Source of the DNA: Bacillota bacterium
Lineage (GTDB): Bacteria > Bacillota > Ch66 > Ch109
Assembly: GCA_050952625.1 (NCBI GenBank)
Contig: JBMNLH010000005.1
Span: forward strand, 1 to 64,000
Direction: 5' to 3'
DNA length: 64,000 nucleotides
Shown here: positions 35,530 through 46,839 of the stretch, in pieces
Layout of the letters: each line of letters begins with the position of its first letter
Position numbering within the stretch: the stretch's first letter is position 1
Position numbers and translations under genes: made by a program
Notes under the pieces: generated by a model
The model's input: the letters and a program-made list of their open reading frames with translations, nothing else
Databases searched by the model: none
What the model was told of the DNA's origin: nothing

Positions 35530-36386
35530 CCGGGTTAAAGCGGAAAAGGCGGGAATTTAGAACCGTATTGAGCCATGATGTTGATGCACCTTTTGCCCAA
35601 GCATTTACCGGTGTTTCGCGGCTTATTCGCAACTGTGGCGGCGACATTCTCAAACGAAAGTCACCTCTTATGGCCCTAAACCGAGTTAAATCCTGGCAGG
35701 CTGTCAAACGAGGCAATTATCGTCAGGATTTGAACTATACCTTTGATCGTATTATGGACATCAGCGAACAACATAACTTGCAGAGTGCCTTTTATTTCAA
35801 AACCGCTTGTACTGACCCAATCTACGACGATAATTATTCCATAGATCATCCTTACATTAGGCAGCTAATGAGAGAGATTCACCAGCGGGGTCATGAGATA
35901 GGATTACATCCCAGTTACCTTACATATAATGATCCGGCCCAGACGCAGCGAGAATATGAACGATTAAGAACCGTCTGTGAGGAAGAGGGCATAAAGCAAA
36001 ATCAATGGGGTGGCCGTCAGCACTATCTGCGCTGGCAGGTCCCGGCCACTTGGCGCAACTGGGCTGAGGCCGGCCTGGATTATGACAGCACCTTGTCCTA
36101 CGCCGACCAAGCCGGTTTCCGCTGCGGCGTCTGCTATGAATTCCCGGTCTATGACCTGGAACAACGCAAGACTTTACCATTGATCGAAAGGCCGCTGGTC
36201 GTGATGGAAGGAAGTGTATTGGGAGAGCAGTATATGGGCTTAAATGGCATGGCAGCACTACAGGAAATGCAAAAGCTTAAAAATTGTTGCCGAATGTTTA
36301 ATGGCAATTTTACCCTGCTCTGGCACAACAGTTCTTTTCAAGAACCAGGGATGTGGGAGATGTATGAGGAAATTTTGAGAAGCTAA
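35530..36386 (+). pseudogene. Polysaccharide deacetylase (WbmS/NodB-like), N-terminally truncated
   Basis: SHDVD, HEIGLHPSY, GGRQHYLR, YDSTL..GFRCG, LLWHNS. No SD/start; the frame is open upstream (GLKRKRREFRTVL). Confidence 0.7.
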
Positions 36387-36493
36387 AATATAAAGATCCA
36401 CTTTGCTGCTTGGTAACTATGAAGGAAATCATCCTCTCCCTCCATTTTAATAAATAGATGTTTAGCATTAGAATTAGAAAGAGATAAACGGGA

Positions 36494-37741
36494 ATGGCAA
36501 TCTTTTTTGCTCGAGAGGAAATAATGAAAATTAAAATGAAAATTAATCAATTATTATCGTTCTGCATTATTATACTGTTTTATATTTTACGTAATATGTT
36601 GTCCTTAAACCCGGATATGGATCGTAATAAGATGGTTATTTTAGGAGGCCTAGCCTTATTAGGTATGATTATAGGTCTATATCTTACTATACGCTTATTT
36701 CTTAGTAAAAAAAAGGTCCTGTTCACTAAGAAGCAGTTTAGGGTCATTGTATTACTCATACTATTTACTTTAATGAGTTCGTCCCTATTCGCCATAAAGG
36801 GTGGTAGTCTTAAGGCCATATTTATGCTAATTTCCTGTTGCGGTGCCATTATAGTTGGACTTCTCAAGCCGTTAACAGATCGAAAATTGTCCATCGTATT
36901 AATGCTGATTGTTTTTGCTCATCAGTTTAACGTATTACTAGAGGGAATTAAAAGTCTAATTGCGTATAACTGGTGGTTTCCTGCGTTTAACATTTATTTC
37001 AGTAGTACGAATGGAACAGCTCAGTTTGCAGCTGTTTCAATGGCAGTTGTCCTGCTTATCTACTCACAATGTGAAAACCGAAAAGGCGTGCTCCAATCGG
37101 TTTTTATCGCTAACATAGCAATCGGAACAGCAATTATCCTTCTAAGTGCTTCACGAGGAGGCATTTTGGCGATATCATTGGCAGCCGTATACTGGCTATG
37201 GAAAGCAACCAGTCTTAAGGCACTTTTATTCAATAAGAGAACATACAAATATATTTTCGGAATAATTTTATTATGTACATTAATAATGAACACTATGACA
37301 CCCGTTCGCGCACAATTAATTGATTATTTTCAATTAATTAACAAGGTACAGCCAGATAATTTTTTCGAAAGTGAAGGCCGTACCAATATTTTAATGGAAG
37401 CTTTAGATCAAATTTTCTCAGACAGTAGCACCTTTTTATTGGGGCAGGATAAGCTATTTAGTACCATGCCCAAAACAGGATTCACGCATGCTCATAATTC
37501 ATACGTAGAAATGGTGCGTAATTTGGGGATCTTCCCTTTGCTATTACTGGTACTACTATTAATTACATCGACCGTTTCTAATAAGAGTTCACCTTGTATT
37601 TATATAATGGTAGGGTTAATTATTATTTTTATTAGAGCTTTTTTTGATGATGTGATTTTATGGGCTACCTTTGAGGAGTTTTTCTTACTCTGGCCGATAG
37701 TACTTTTAACGTATAGGAAGAATTATTTAAAGAAAGTATGA
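36494..37741 (+). CDS. O-antigen ligase / Wzy-like polymerase
   Basis: Polytopic membrane protein; LSASRGG, GRTNIL, HAHNSYVE. Confidence 0.8.
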   Translation: MAIFFAREEIMKIKMKINQLLSFCIIILFYILRNMLSLNPDMDRNKMVILGGLALLGMIIGLYLTIRLFLSKKKVLFTKKQFRVIVLLILFTLMSSSLFAIKGGSLKAIFMLISCCGAIIVGLLKPLTDRKLSIVLMLIVFAHQFNVLLEGIKSLIAYNWWFPAFNIYFSSTNGTAQFAAVSMAVVLLIYSQCENRKGVLQSVFIANIAIGTAIILLSASRGGILAISLAAVYWLWKATSLKALLFNKRTYKYIFGIILLCTLIMNTMTPVRAQLIDYFQLINKVQPDNFFESEGRTNILMEALDQIFSDSSTFLLGQDKLFSTMPKTGFTHAHNSYVEMVRNLGIFPLLLLVLLLITSTVSNKSSPCIYIMVGLIIIFIRAFFDDVILWATFEEFFLLWPIVLLTYRKNYLKKV

Positions 37742-37957
37742 GGAGAAATACTATGCTTATATACATAGTCAATATGACTGGGACGCTTTGGGCAAGCTGG
37801 TCGAGATTACGCCTGGACACAGTGTGTCAGCCTTTAAGATAAATGATCTGTATAACCTAATCGACATACATTTGTTTAATCAGCAGGGAATCAGTACCCG
37901 GATCCGGGGTGAGCAACAGTATCTTTCAAGAGAGCGAATAGTTAAGGCTAGAGCACC

Positions 37958-38431
37958 TTGAACATGCTAGTCGTTACCCTGCAGGCTTATCAATATCGAT
38001 CTGGATTAAAGTCAGCTGATTATCGTAAGACCATGGATCAGTACCAAGGCTTTGCGAATGAACTGGCATATCTCATGCATGAAGAAGGCCTAGCCCTTTA
38101 CCATCAAGGCATGGAGCTACAAGAGCGCCAATTCTATTTGTTCAGCTATGCGTTGATTTTTATGAATTGGGATCCATTTCTGCTCTGGTTTATTTTCATG
38201 GCACACTGGCAGCTAAACCAAAATCCGCCCTATATCGGAAAGCCAGCGATGCCCCTGAAACTATTTAATGATATGGGCCACTTCATGGGAGTACAAAGCA
38301 GTTTCAAAGGGAATCACCCTCCTTTTGTTGAAGAGATCCAGCAGGATATGCGAATTAGCCTAGAACAGGCCAAACATTTTGTTTTCTTAGGCTACCAACT
38401 ACCTGAAGACGATCTGATTATAAGAATATAA
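37958..38431 (+). CDS. Hypothetical protein (possibly the 3' part of a longer degraded ORF from ~37753)
   Basis: 157-aa ORF with no recognisable motif. Confidence 0.4.
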   Translation: MNMLVVTLQAYQYRSGLKSADYRKTMDQYQGFANELAYLMHEEGLALYHQGMELQERQFYLFSYALIFMNWDPFLLWFIFMAHWQLNQNPPYIGKPAMPLKLFNDMGHFMGVQSSFKGNHPPFVEEIQQDMRISLEQAKHFVFLGYQLPEDDLIIRI

Positions 38432-38522
38432 TACTATCAGCAAACGATTTCAATCTAGGTTTCAAATATGGGTATAATAAAATAAAGACTCTATTAGATA
38501 GAGTAATAGGGGTGAGATCTCT

Positions 38523-38798
38523 ATGACAATTCAAGCCGTGGAAGAACGAGTAAAACAATTCATTTCTCAGCTAAAAAAAGAGTGGGATAACTTGGCTATT
38601 GAATACGCGTATGACGCTCAGGAGAACACATGGAATATATGGCATTTTAACTATAGGTTACAGTATAACGATATGGATTTTCAGAAATCGGTGGGGAAAT
38701 TAATTAGAACACTTTTTTTTGACCAGGGGATTTTTAACATATCCTTTGGCTATAAACACAATGGGAACAATTCATACAAAACCATTCCCCTGGCTTAA
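38523..38798 (+). CDS. Small hypothetical protein
   Basis: 91-aa ORF with SD GGGGTG and an upstream TATAAT. Confidence 0.6.
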   Translation: MTIQAVEERVKQFISQLKKEWDNLAIEYAYDAQENTWNIWHFNYRLQYNDMDFQKSVGKLIRTLFFDQGIFNISFGYKHNGNNSYKTIPLA

Positions 38799-38901
38799 TG
38801 TTTCCCTATATTAGAGAACATATCTCGACTGTTACCCAAAAAGCAGGCGTAAAACCAGTGTTATTAGCACCAATCAATGTATTAGCAATAAGGAGGAGGA
38901 T

Positions 38902-40449
38902 ATGCAAAATAAGAAAAAAGTCATTCGAGATGTGGTGCATGGTTACATACTAATCGATGCTCTTACTGAAAAGCTTATTAATACATACAATTTTCAGCGG
39001 CTTAAGGACATTCGGCAACTGACGGCACAACATGTCTATCCATGTGCCACACATAACCGGTTTGAACATTCATTAGGCGTAATGCACCTGGCAGAGCAGG
39101 CTTTTGAGGCTCTTAGACCCTTTCTCAAGGAGAAGGGCAAAACTACAGAGGAACTGGAAAGTCTCGGTTTGCATTTTAAAATCACGGCCTTGTTACATGA
39201 CGTTGGACATGCCCCTTTTTCGCATTTAGGGGAAAATTTTTTTCCGCCAAAGGAAGAGATATATTCTGCAATCCAAAAACAACTACGAGAAATTGACTAC
39301 AAGAAATCTTCGGTTGACATCTTTTCTTCCAATACGGCCAAACACGAACTTATGTCCTGTTATGTTATACTGTCCAAATTTTATCCCATACTAAATCGGC
39401 AGTTTGCCGACCGGAATATTAAGTTGGACATTGAGCTGATTTGCAGGGCTATTGTCGGCAAGACGTATGATGACATAGATAAACGATGGGCGGAGAACAT
39501 CATTATTCAGTTACTAAATTCGTCTACGATTGACATGGATAAGTTAGATTACCTGATGCGAGATGCATACATGACGGGTATCAGCGTTCCATCTATTGAT
39601 TCCGTTCGTCTTCTTAAAAATATTCAAATAAATGAAAAGACGAATAACGTTACCTTTGCTCCTCAAGCTTTACCTGTAATACAAAGCATTGTCGAAGCGC
39701 GTGATAACATGTATTTATGGGTGTATAACCACCACGTTGCGGTTTATACAGACTTTCTTATTCGTTATTATATTAAGCATCTTATACATAACGATGAGGC
39801 GGAACCGGGTAGCACCCAGTCGAAATATCGCGACCGCCTTAATCCACGACATTTCTTCTCATGTGATGCAATCGCAGAGCGAATGGCATCAGATTCTGAT
39901 TTATGGAGTGTCCTAAAGAGGCCTCTTTGGTCTCCTTGTGATGAGGATGATATTAGTCCCCATGGAAGGGTTCTGATTCCTCAACTCTTGGAGAGGCGAT
40001 TTTTGAAACCGCTTTGGAAAACAATATACGATTTTCGCCACTTTATGATCGAAAGTATTAAGGATGATACTATTCGAGAAGAAGTAATAAAGAATTTAGG
40101 CGATTCTGAAAAAGAAGAATATCGGGCTTACGTAGCTGAAGAAATACGTACCGCGTGTAACCTTCAATTGGGAGAAATACTAATAGTTCCTTGTTCCAAC
40201 AAATTTTATTCCCTAGCACCAAACACAGTTTTTACAGTATACATCAACGATGGTGAAAAGAAAATTAATACGCTACTTCCTCAGAAAGACTATAAAGAGC
40301 TTTATGGAAAGGTATCCTTTTATGTTTTCTGTCGAGGAGACAGAAAAGATGATGTTGAGAAGGCATTTATTAAGCTTATCAATGATAAGCCCTTACCGCC
40401 TGTAGAAAAGTTAGAAAACTATGTAACCCGAACGAAGTGGGAGATGTAA
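38902..40449 (+). CDS. HD-domain phosphohydrolase, dNTP triphosphohydrolase (SAMHD1/YwfO-like)
   Basis: IRDVVHG, FQRLKDIRQL, HNRFEHSLGV, LLHDVGHAPFSH, DMDKLDYLMRD; strong SD AGGAGGAGG. Confidence 0.9.
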   Translation: MQNKKKVIRDVVHGYILIDALTEKLINTYNFQRLKDIRQLTAQHVYPCATHNRFEHSLGVMHLAEQAFEALRPFLKEKGKTTEELESLGLHFKITALLHDVGHAPFSHLGENFFPPKEEIYSAIQKQLREIDYKKSSVDIFSSNTAKHELMSCYVILSKFYPILNRQFADRNIKLDIELICRAIVGKTYDDIDKRWAENIIIQLLNSSTIDMDKLDYLMRDAYMTGISVPSIDSVRLLKNIQINEKTNNVTFAPQALPVIQSIVEARDNMYLWVYNHHVAVYTDFLIRYYIKHLIHNDEAEPGSTQSKYRDRLNPRHFFSCDAIAERMASDSDLWSVLKRPLWSPCDEDDISPHGRVLIPQLLERRFLKPLWKTIYDFRHFMIESIKDDTIREEVIKNLGDSEKEEYRAYVAEEIRTACNLQLGEILIVPCSNKFYSLAPNTVFTVYINDGEKKINTLLPQKDYKELYGKVSFYVFCRGDRKDDVEKAFIKLINDKPLPPVEKLENYVTRTKWEM

Positions 40450-40788
40450 TTCTAAGACCGGAGCCACTAGGGGTGAATGTCATGAACTATGCAAAAACTG
40501 AAGCAACGCTACCAGCAGTTTAACGGGAGCACTAGATTTGTTATCAGTATCATTGTACTAGTGACCGGAGGCGTAGAAGGAAGAGATTTAGAAAGAATAA
40601 ACCTGATTCACAGGATAGTATTTACGGCTGAAGATACGTTATATTCCATATCCTTCATTCCCGATGGACTTGAACCGATTGGAATTGACCGGCTAGAAAG
40701 CCACCATTCTATAAGGTTAAAAAGCGAAGAATCGGACAGGTTTTAGCTGGAAATGTATCATTAACATCACAGGGAGAATACGTATTTA

Positions 40789-41898
40789 ATGAAAATTGTA
40801 ACCATTATCGGTGCCCGGCCGCAGTTTATAAAAGCAGCCACAGTATCCCGGGCAATAGCGGAATATAACCAAACCTTAACCGAAGGCCAGGAGCCAATAA
40901 AAGAAATCCTGGTTCACACCGGGCAGCACTACGACGAAAATATGTCGGATATTTTCTTTGAAGAGCTAGGTATACCATATCCCGATTATCACCTGGGGAT
41001 TGGCTCAACCAGTCACGGTGCGCAAACCGGCAGGATGCTGGAAGAGATTGAAAAGGTACTCCTTGGTGAACAGCCTGACCGGGTACTGGTATATGGAGAT
41101 ACCAACTCAACCCTAGCCGGGGCACTGGCAGCCGCCAAGCTTCATATCCCAGTTGCCCACGTTGAAGCGGGCTTGCGGTCATTTAACCGACAGATGCCCG
41201 AGGAAATAAACCGGGTTCTCACCGACCACATTGCTGATATACTCTTTGCCCCGACCAAGGCCGCGGTAGATAATCTTAAACGGGAGGGTATTGGTGAAGA
41301 AAAAATCCACCTGGTTGGCGATGTCATGTATGATGCGGCACTTTATTATGGTAAACGAGCCCAAGAGTTAAGCCAAATATTAGACCAGTACCAACTTCAG
41401 CCAGGCAAATACATATTGACTACCATTCATCGGGCTGAGAATACTGATGATCCTGTTCGTCTCAAGGCAATTTTTGAGGGGCTAGTACAGGTAGCGAAGG
41501 AAATCCCGGTAGTGTTGCCCTTGCATCCTCGCACCCGGGCAGCCTTAATACGGGATGGCTTACATGAAATGGCCATTAATTCTCTTATTGTAATCCCACC
41601 AGTTGGTTATTTGGACATGGTTATGTTAGAAAAAAATGCCCGTTTGATTGCTACTGATTCGGGTGGCGTGCAAAAGGAAGCTTATTTTTATAGAGTGCCC
41701 TGTGTTACCTTGCGGGAAGAGACGGAGTGGATAGAGTTGGTGGAAACGGGGTGGAACTACTTACTTGAACCATCTGATCCAGAAAAGATAGCTGCCAGCA
41801 TCAAAACACGTCTTGATAACAAAGGTTGTATATATTTTAATTTTTATGGGCAAGGTGAAGCTGCCAAAATGATAATTAGTAAACTAAGATCTTATTAG
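40789..41898 (+). CDS. wecB: Non-hydrolysing UDP-GlcNAc-type 2-epimerase (WecB/WbpI)
   Basis: GARPQFIKA, HTGQHYD, GDTNST, HVEAGLRS, MPEEINR, TDSGGVQKEA. Confidence 0.93.
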   Translation: MKIVTIIGARPQFIKAATVSRAIAEYNQTLTEGQEPIKEILVHTGQHYDENMSDIFFEELGIPYPDYHLGIGSTSHGAQTGRMLEEIEKVLLGEQPDRVLVYGDTNSTLAGALAAAKLHIPVAHVEAGLRSFNRQMPEEINRVLTDHIADILFAPTKAAVDNLKREGIGEEKIHLVGDVMYDAALYYGKRAQELSQILDQYQLQPGKYILTTIHRAENTDDPVRLKAIFEGLVQVAKEIPVVLPLHPRTRAALIRDGLHEMAINSLIVIPPVGYLDMVMLEKNARLIATDSGGVQKEAYFYRVPCVTLREETEWIELVETGWNYLLEPSDPEKIAASIKTRLDNKGCIYFNFYGQGEAAKMIISKLRSY

Positions 41899-41966
41899 GC
41901 AATAACTGACAACAGAGATAGTTTGTGTAACCATAGAGTCATAATAGTCTTTACGAGGTTTAGAAG

Positions 41967-43187
41967 ATGAAAAACTGTTTAATGTTTACTTATGCATATG
42001 CTCCTAGCTTTAATGCAGGGGTTCAGCGTCCTTTGAAGTTTGCTCATTATTTACCAAGCTATGGATACAATCCAATAATTATAACAGCTCAATTAACAAA
42101 TGATAACTTTCATGAAAAGGGTATATATAGAATTGGTAATAATTGGATAGAACTTGAATTAAATGGTGGGATAAAGTCAATACCGTTGCGAATGTTAAGA
42201 CGAATTCTATATCAGTCAGGAATCATACAGGGATATAATTATTTTTGGTATAAAAAAGTTTTAAAGATCCTGCCGAAGATAGTAAAAGATGAGTCGCCTG
42301 ATATTATTTATGCTACTTATCCACCGATTGAACCAGTTATGTTGGGAATTGCTGCTTCAAAACAATCGAATACTCCATTGGTAGTTGACTTCAGGGATGG
42401 TTTCGTGTTTGAACCTTTTGCTCCTGTACTTTTTCCTGCAGCTATTCGTAATAAAAGAACAGAAAAACATGTTGTTGCTAATTGTCACCATATTATTGGT
42501 GCGACTGAACCTATTACAAACTATTTTCGACAGCACTACCCTGGAATTAATGCAAGTACAATAACCAATGGTTTTGATAGCTCAGATTGGTCTGGACTTA
42601 AACAATTTGATTTAGGAACTAAGATCAATATTGTTTATACTGGTAGTCTGAGTACTGCAGGTGCTAATAGAACGATAGAGCCTCTATTAAAGGGCATAGA
42701 TTATCTAACGAAAGAGGAAAGGGAGTCAATTTCTGTTTATGTAATAGGAAACTGCACTGAACGAGAACGAAGTCAACTGATAAACGGGTATGGAGACATT
42801 TTCCGAATTATTGGATCAGTCCCTCGAAGAGAAGCTTTAAGGTATCAAATATCAGCAGATGTACTTTTATTAATAACAGGGACGGAAAACACTAGCGAAG
42901 CAACAGGCAAAATATTTGAATACTTAATGTCGGCTCGTCCAATTTTAGGGATTACAGGTCAAACTGTAGCCAGAAATATCATAGAAAAAACAGGGACCGG
43001 GATTTGTGTTGATCCTACTGATCCAGGTGAGATTGCAAATGTGTTAAATAAATTAATAAAATTGTACCCTAATTACGGTTTTTATAAGCCTGTTAATAAT
43101 GAAATATTGAAATACTCACGTAAAGAGTTAACAGGTCAATTAGCTCAAATATTTGATGGCATTTTGCACTCCCGAGTAAAAGGCTAA
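41967..43187 (+). CDS. Glycosyltransferase family 4-like
   Basis: GVQRPLKF, VVDFRD, ITNGFD, YTGSL, GKIFEYL. Confidence 0.85.
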   Translation: MKNCLMFTYAYAPSFNAGVQRPLKFAHYLPSYGYNPIIITAQLTNDNFHEKGIYRIGNNWIELELNGGIKSIPLRMLRRILYQSGIIQGYNYFWYKKVLKILPKIVKDESPDIIYATYPPIEPVMLGIAASKQSNTPLVVDFRDGFVFEPFAPVLFPAAIRNKRTEKHVVANCHHIIGATEPITNYFRQHYPGINASTITNGFDSSDWSGLKQFDLGTKINIVYTGSLSTAGANRTIEPLLKGIDYLTKEERESISVYVIGNCTERERSQLINGYGDIFRIIGSVPRREALRYQISADVLLLITGTENTSEATGKIFEYLMSARPILGITGQTVARNIIEKTGTGICVDPTDPGEIANVLNKLIKLYPNYGFYKPVNNEILKYSRKELTGQLAQIFDGILHSRVKG

Positions 43188-43250
43188 AATAGTAGATTTG
43201 GAGGCTGATAAAAATGATAACCACAATCTTTTAAGAGTTTCTATTGTTAG

Positions 43251-43500
43251 TTATCTCGGATGTTTGAAAAGGATGGTCGCAGCTTTTTTAATATTCTCAT
43301 CCTCCATGTGAACTATCATTCCTTCAGGGAGTTTGATTTCTGCTTCTTCTGGGTGTTGGTTCCCATTGCCGGGAAGGGTGCACCCTTAGCGTTTTTTGTA
43401 CAGGTTAACCCATTTGTACAGTGTGTTTAGTGGATGTTTAGTTCCTCGGCTATTATCTTAACCAGTTTGACTGCTTTTCTTCAATGGTTTTTCCTAGTTT
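43251..43500 (-). pseudogene. IS3-family OrfA transposase relic
   Basis: The minus strand encodes fragments IAEELNIH..TLYKWV..FPGNG..PEEAEIK..IKKAATILFK across several frames. Confidence 0.7.
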
Positions 43501-43547
43501 CATGATGGACCTGCTGCTCTTTTAATTTATGAAGGATGTATTTATAA

Positions 43548-44822
43548 ATGGAAATTGCAAGTAATAAAATTAGCTTACCAAGACTAATTCTAACTATTTT
43601 AATCTGGTTAACTATTTTTGTCCCTGGTCATATGTATAATTGGGGAGTTGAACGGATCTATATAGCTTTTGTAGCGTTTTTGTGCAGTTGCTGTTTGGTC
43701 TTTAATAGAAGGTTAAAGAGCTGGCTCAATATTAGCCCTAATCTTCTTATAGTCTCATTTATAACTGTAACTATTATTGGTTTAGCAGGCTATGTTTTGT
43801 CGATTAATGTTTTTTTAATTAATACCGGTATAAGAGATTATATCGAGTTGCTAAGATGGCCCATATGTATTGCTTTTATTTTATTTGTAGCCCAATTTTT
43901 TAATAAACGGTACGTAGATGTTTTTAATAAAGCAATTGAAGCGTCACTATTATATTGCTTATTTGTATTTATTTTATATAAAATTAATGTTCCTTTTTTA
44001 TCATCCTTTTTCACAGAGATTATTTATTATGACGCTAAAACATGGTTCTCTCTGGATGGATATGGGCGTTTGTCCGTTCCATTTGAAAATCCTAATTTTT
44101 TAGCGTTTTATTTAAATGCGATTTTTACATATTTAATATTTTTTATGAAAGCCCCAAAATGGAAAAAATATATTTCATTAATAATGATTATTTTTCTTCT
44201 TTATCTAACAGGGTCTAGATCTGGATGGGTCGGTTCTTTTGTAATAATATTTGCTTGGGTTTTGTTAAATATCCGACTATTATTTACAAAAGCATACTTT
44301 AAGGCTATTGTATCTTTGATAATAATGGTACTAATATTATATTTTGGTTTTAAATTAATTTCACCTTATATTACAACAAACTACCGGATTCAAATGCTGA
44401 TGAATGCTATTGAAGGTGGCGGAATAACTACAGAAGCAAATTTGTCTGGAAGAATAGACCATATAAAACAAAGTTGGGGATATACATCCCAAGCCCCGCT
44501 TTTTGGTTGGGGATCTGCTAAGTATGGCCTAATGCAGATTATTGATAATCAGTATTTTACTTGGCTTTTTCGCTATGGGATAATAGGAACAACAATAATC
44601 CTAATAACTTGTTTTTATATAATAATAAACTTATTACGTTTAGCATCATTTAATCTTAAATATATCTACGGTTTGTTAGCATTATTTGCTCAAATTTTTG
44701 TAATGCTTGGAACAGGAGCGTTTCTTGATAATTTTAGACTATTTTTTATAATTGTAATTTTGTTTCAGGTAATATGGTTAATCTTGAGCGATGCTCGTGT
44801 TTCAATTATGAAGTCACAATAA
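43548..44822 (+). CDS. Second O-antigen ligase / Wzy-like polymerase
   Basis: Very AT-rich polytopic ORF; FENPNFL, LTGSRSG, DNQYF..YGIIG. Confidence 0.8.
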   Translation: MEIASNKISLPRLILTILIWLTIFVPGHMYNWGVERIYIAFVAFLCSCCLVFNRRLKSWLNISPNLLIVSFITVTIIGLAGYVLSINVFLINTGIRDYIELLRWPICIAFILFVAQFFNKRYVDVFNKAIEASLLYCLFVFILYKINVPFLSSFFTEIIYYDAKTWFSLDGYGRLSVPFENPNFLAFYLNAIFTYLIFFMKAPKWKKYISLIMIIFLLYLTGSRSGWVGSFVIIFAWVLLNIRLLFTKAYFKAIVSLIIMVLILYFGFKLISPYITTNYRIQMLMNAIEGGGITTEANLSGRIDHIKQSWGYTSQAPLFGWGSAKYGLMQIIDNQYFTWLFRYGIIGTTIILITCFYIIINLLRLASFNLKYIYGLLALFAQIFVMLGTGAFLDNFRLFFIIVILFQVIWLILSDARVSIMKSQ

Positions 44823-44839
44823 GGAGTTATTTTAAAGCT

Positions 44840-45844
44840 ATGTTATCAATTGTGGTAATAGGAAAAAATGAGTCAGATAACCTACCATTAGTTATTGCTT
44901 CATTAAAAAAATTACGAAAACAGGCTAGATTCCAGAATCAAATGATTTATGTGGATTCGGATTCATCTGATCTCTCAGTAGAGATAGCTAGATCATTCTT
45001 TGATGAAGTATATGTGTTGTCCTCTTCGGATAATCTGTGTGCATCGGCAGGGCGATATGTGGGAACATTAAAGGCTATTTACGAATGGATACTATATTTG
45101 GATGGTGACATGGAAGTTTGCAGTGAGTTTATTGATTTTATCTGTGAACACCTTGAGCAGCTTAATACTAATTATGGTTATGTAGGTAGTTATATATATT
45201 ATTATATTGATAATACGATAAGAGAAAATGCGTTAAATTATAAACATGATGGCCAAGTTGTAACTCATCATGGGGGAGCTGTGCTTCTTCCACGAACTGC
45301 AGTTATTCAAGCTGGAAATTGGAATCCGTGCATTTTTTCAAATGAGGAAATCGATTTATATACAAGGCTCAGAAATTGCGGATATGCTGTAGTTTTCGTA
45401 AACATACCAATGATCAGACATTATACTGAACGAATTACAAAAATCTCAACGTTGATAAGGTGTTTTATTCCATCTGCTAGGTTAGGTAAGAAGTTTTACG
45501 GCTTCGGGCAGTTGCTTAAATCACGTTACCTAAATAATGATATTTATAGTCTAATACGTTTTTTTCCGTATCCTTTCGTATATTGGATATGTTTAATAAT
45601 AGCGATATTTATAGCCTGGATAGGTTATTCTATGTATGCACTAATACCATTAGTTTTTGGGATAACTTTTACTGTTAAATATAAAGGATATCAGTATATT
45701 GCTCTTTATACCGCTTTTATTGTCCAGGCACTAATGGGAATAGGCAAATATGAAAAAGATTATATACCGATTATTAAGAATGAATATATAAAATCTAATC
45801 TTTATTTAGAAATGAATAAATTAGAAAGTAAGCGTCTTGTTTAG
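44840..45844 (+). CDS. Glycosyltransferase family 2
   Basis: SIVVIGKNE, YVDSDSSD, YLDGDM, NEEIDL, C-terminal TM helices. Confidence 0.85.
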   Translation: MLSIVVIGKNESDNLPLVIASLKKLRKQARFQNQMIYVDSDSSDLSVEIARSFFDEVYVLSSSDNLCASAGRYVGTLKAIYEWILYLDGDMEVCSEFIDFICEHLEQLNTNYGYVGSYIYYYIDNTIRENALNYKHDGQVVTHHGGAVLLPRTAVIQAGNWNPCIFSNEEIDLYTRLRNCGYAVVFVNIPMIRHYTERITKISTLIRCFIPSARLGKKFYGFGQLLKSRYLNNDIYSLIRFFPYPFVYWICLIIAIFIAWIGYSMYALIPLVFGITFTVKYKGYQYIALYTAFIVQALMGIGKYEKDYIPIIKNEYIKSNLYLEMNKLESKRLV

Positions 45845-45874
45845 TAAGTTAGCAGCTTAGAGGAGCAAATAACC

Positions 45875-46777
45875 ATGAGCTATGTAGTTACTGGCGGGGC
45901 AGGTTTTATCGGTTCTCATCTGGTAGATGCCTTATTAGATAAGGGAGAAGAAGTTCATGTAGTAGATAATTTATCTACAGGTAAAGAGAAAAACCTTAAC
46001 CCAGCCACCTATTTTTATAAAATGGATGTTTGCGATTCCAGTCTATGTAAACTGATATGCAGCATTCAACCGGAAACGGTATTTCATTTAGCTGCGCAGG
46101 TTAGTGTGCCACGTTCTATTGAGAATTCTTATGAGGATACAAGGGTAAATGTTCTAGGGACAGTAAACTTGCTGGAAGCTTGTGTACAAGCTCGGGTTAA
46201 GCGGGTTATTTTTTCATCATCAGCAGCGGTATATGGTATACCTCAGTACCTGCCAATTGATGAGGAACATCCTTTGCTGAGCATTTCCCCTTACGGAACT
46301 AGTAAAGTAGCAGCGGAAAAATATTTACAGCTTTATCATCGAATATACGGTTTGGAGTACGTTATTCTACGATATGCGAATGTGTTTGGCCCCAGGCAGG
46401 ATGCTGATGGAGAAGGTGGAGTAGTGTCCATATTTGCTCAGGCAATACGCGATGGGCTGCCATTAAAGATTTACAGCGATGGAGAACAAACCCGTGATTT
46501 TATTTATGTAAAAGATATAGTAAGGGCTAACTTAGCTGCCAGGCTATGTAAACCTGCTATTACTGTTAATGTGAGTACGGAACGTGCTACTTCTGTTAAT
46601 CAACTGGCTAATTTTATGAATAGAATAGGCAATTTCTCCAGCTCAATTAAGTATGAATCTGAACGGCCAGGAGACATAAGGGATAGCATTTTGTCTAATA
46701 GCCGCGCTAAAGAGGAACTGCATTGGGAACCCGTTTATACTCTAGAAGAAGGACTTTATGAGATGCTGGAGTCATAA
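45875..46777 (+). CDS. NAD-dependent epimerase (GalE-like UDP-sugar 4-epimerase)
   Basis: TGGAGFIGSH, HLAAQVSV, SSSAAVYG, YGTSK, RYANVFGPRQ. Confidence 0.9.
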   Translation: MSYVVTGGAGFIGSHLVDALLDKGEEVHVVDNLSTGKEKNLNPATYFYKMDVCDSSLCKLICSIQPETVFHLAAQVSVPRSIENSYEDTRVNVLGTVNLLEACVQARVKRVIFSSSAAVYGIPQYLPIDEEHPLLSISPYGTSKVAAEKYLQLYHRIYGLEYVILRYANVFGPRQDADGEGGVVSIFAQAIRDGLPLKIYSDGEQTRDFIYVKDIVRANLAARLCKPAITVNVSTERATSVNQLANFMNRIGNFSSSIKYESERPGDIRDSILSNSRAKEELHWEPVYTLEEGLYEMLES

Positions 46778-46839
46778 GCTCGATAATAATAGTTTAGATA
46801 TTTTATACTGATACATTTTTGGCTTGTGAGGGGGTATAA

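Noticed and set aside
40489-40746. 85-aa ORF, possible toxin relic (RINLIHRIVF)
   Set aside because: No convincing family motif; left unannotated.
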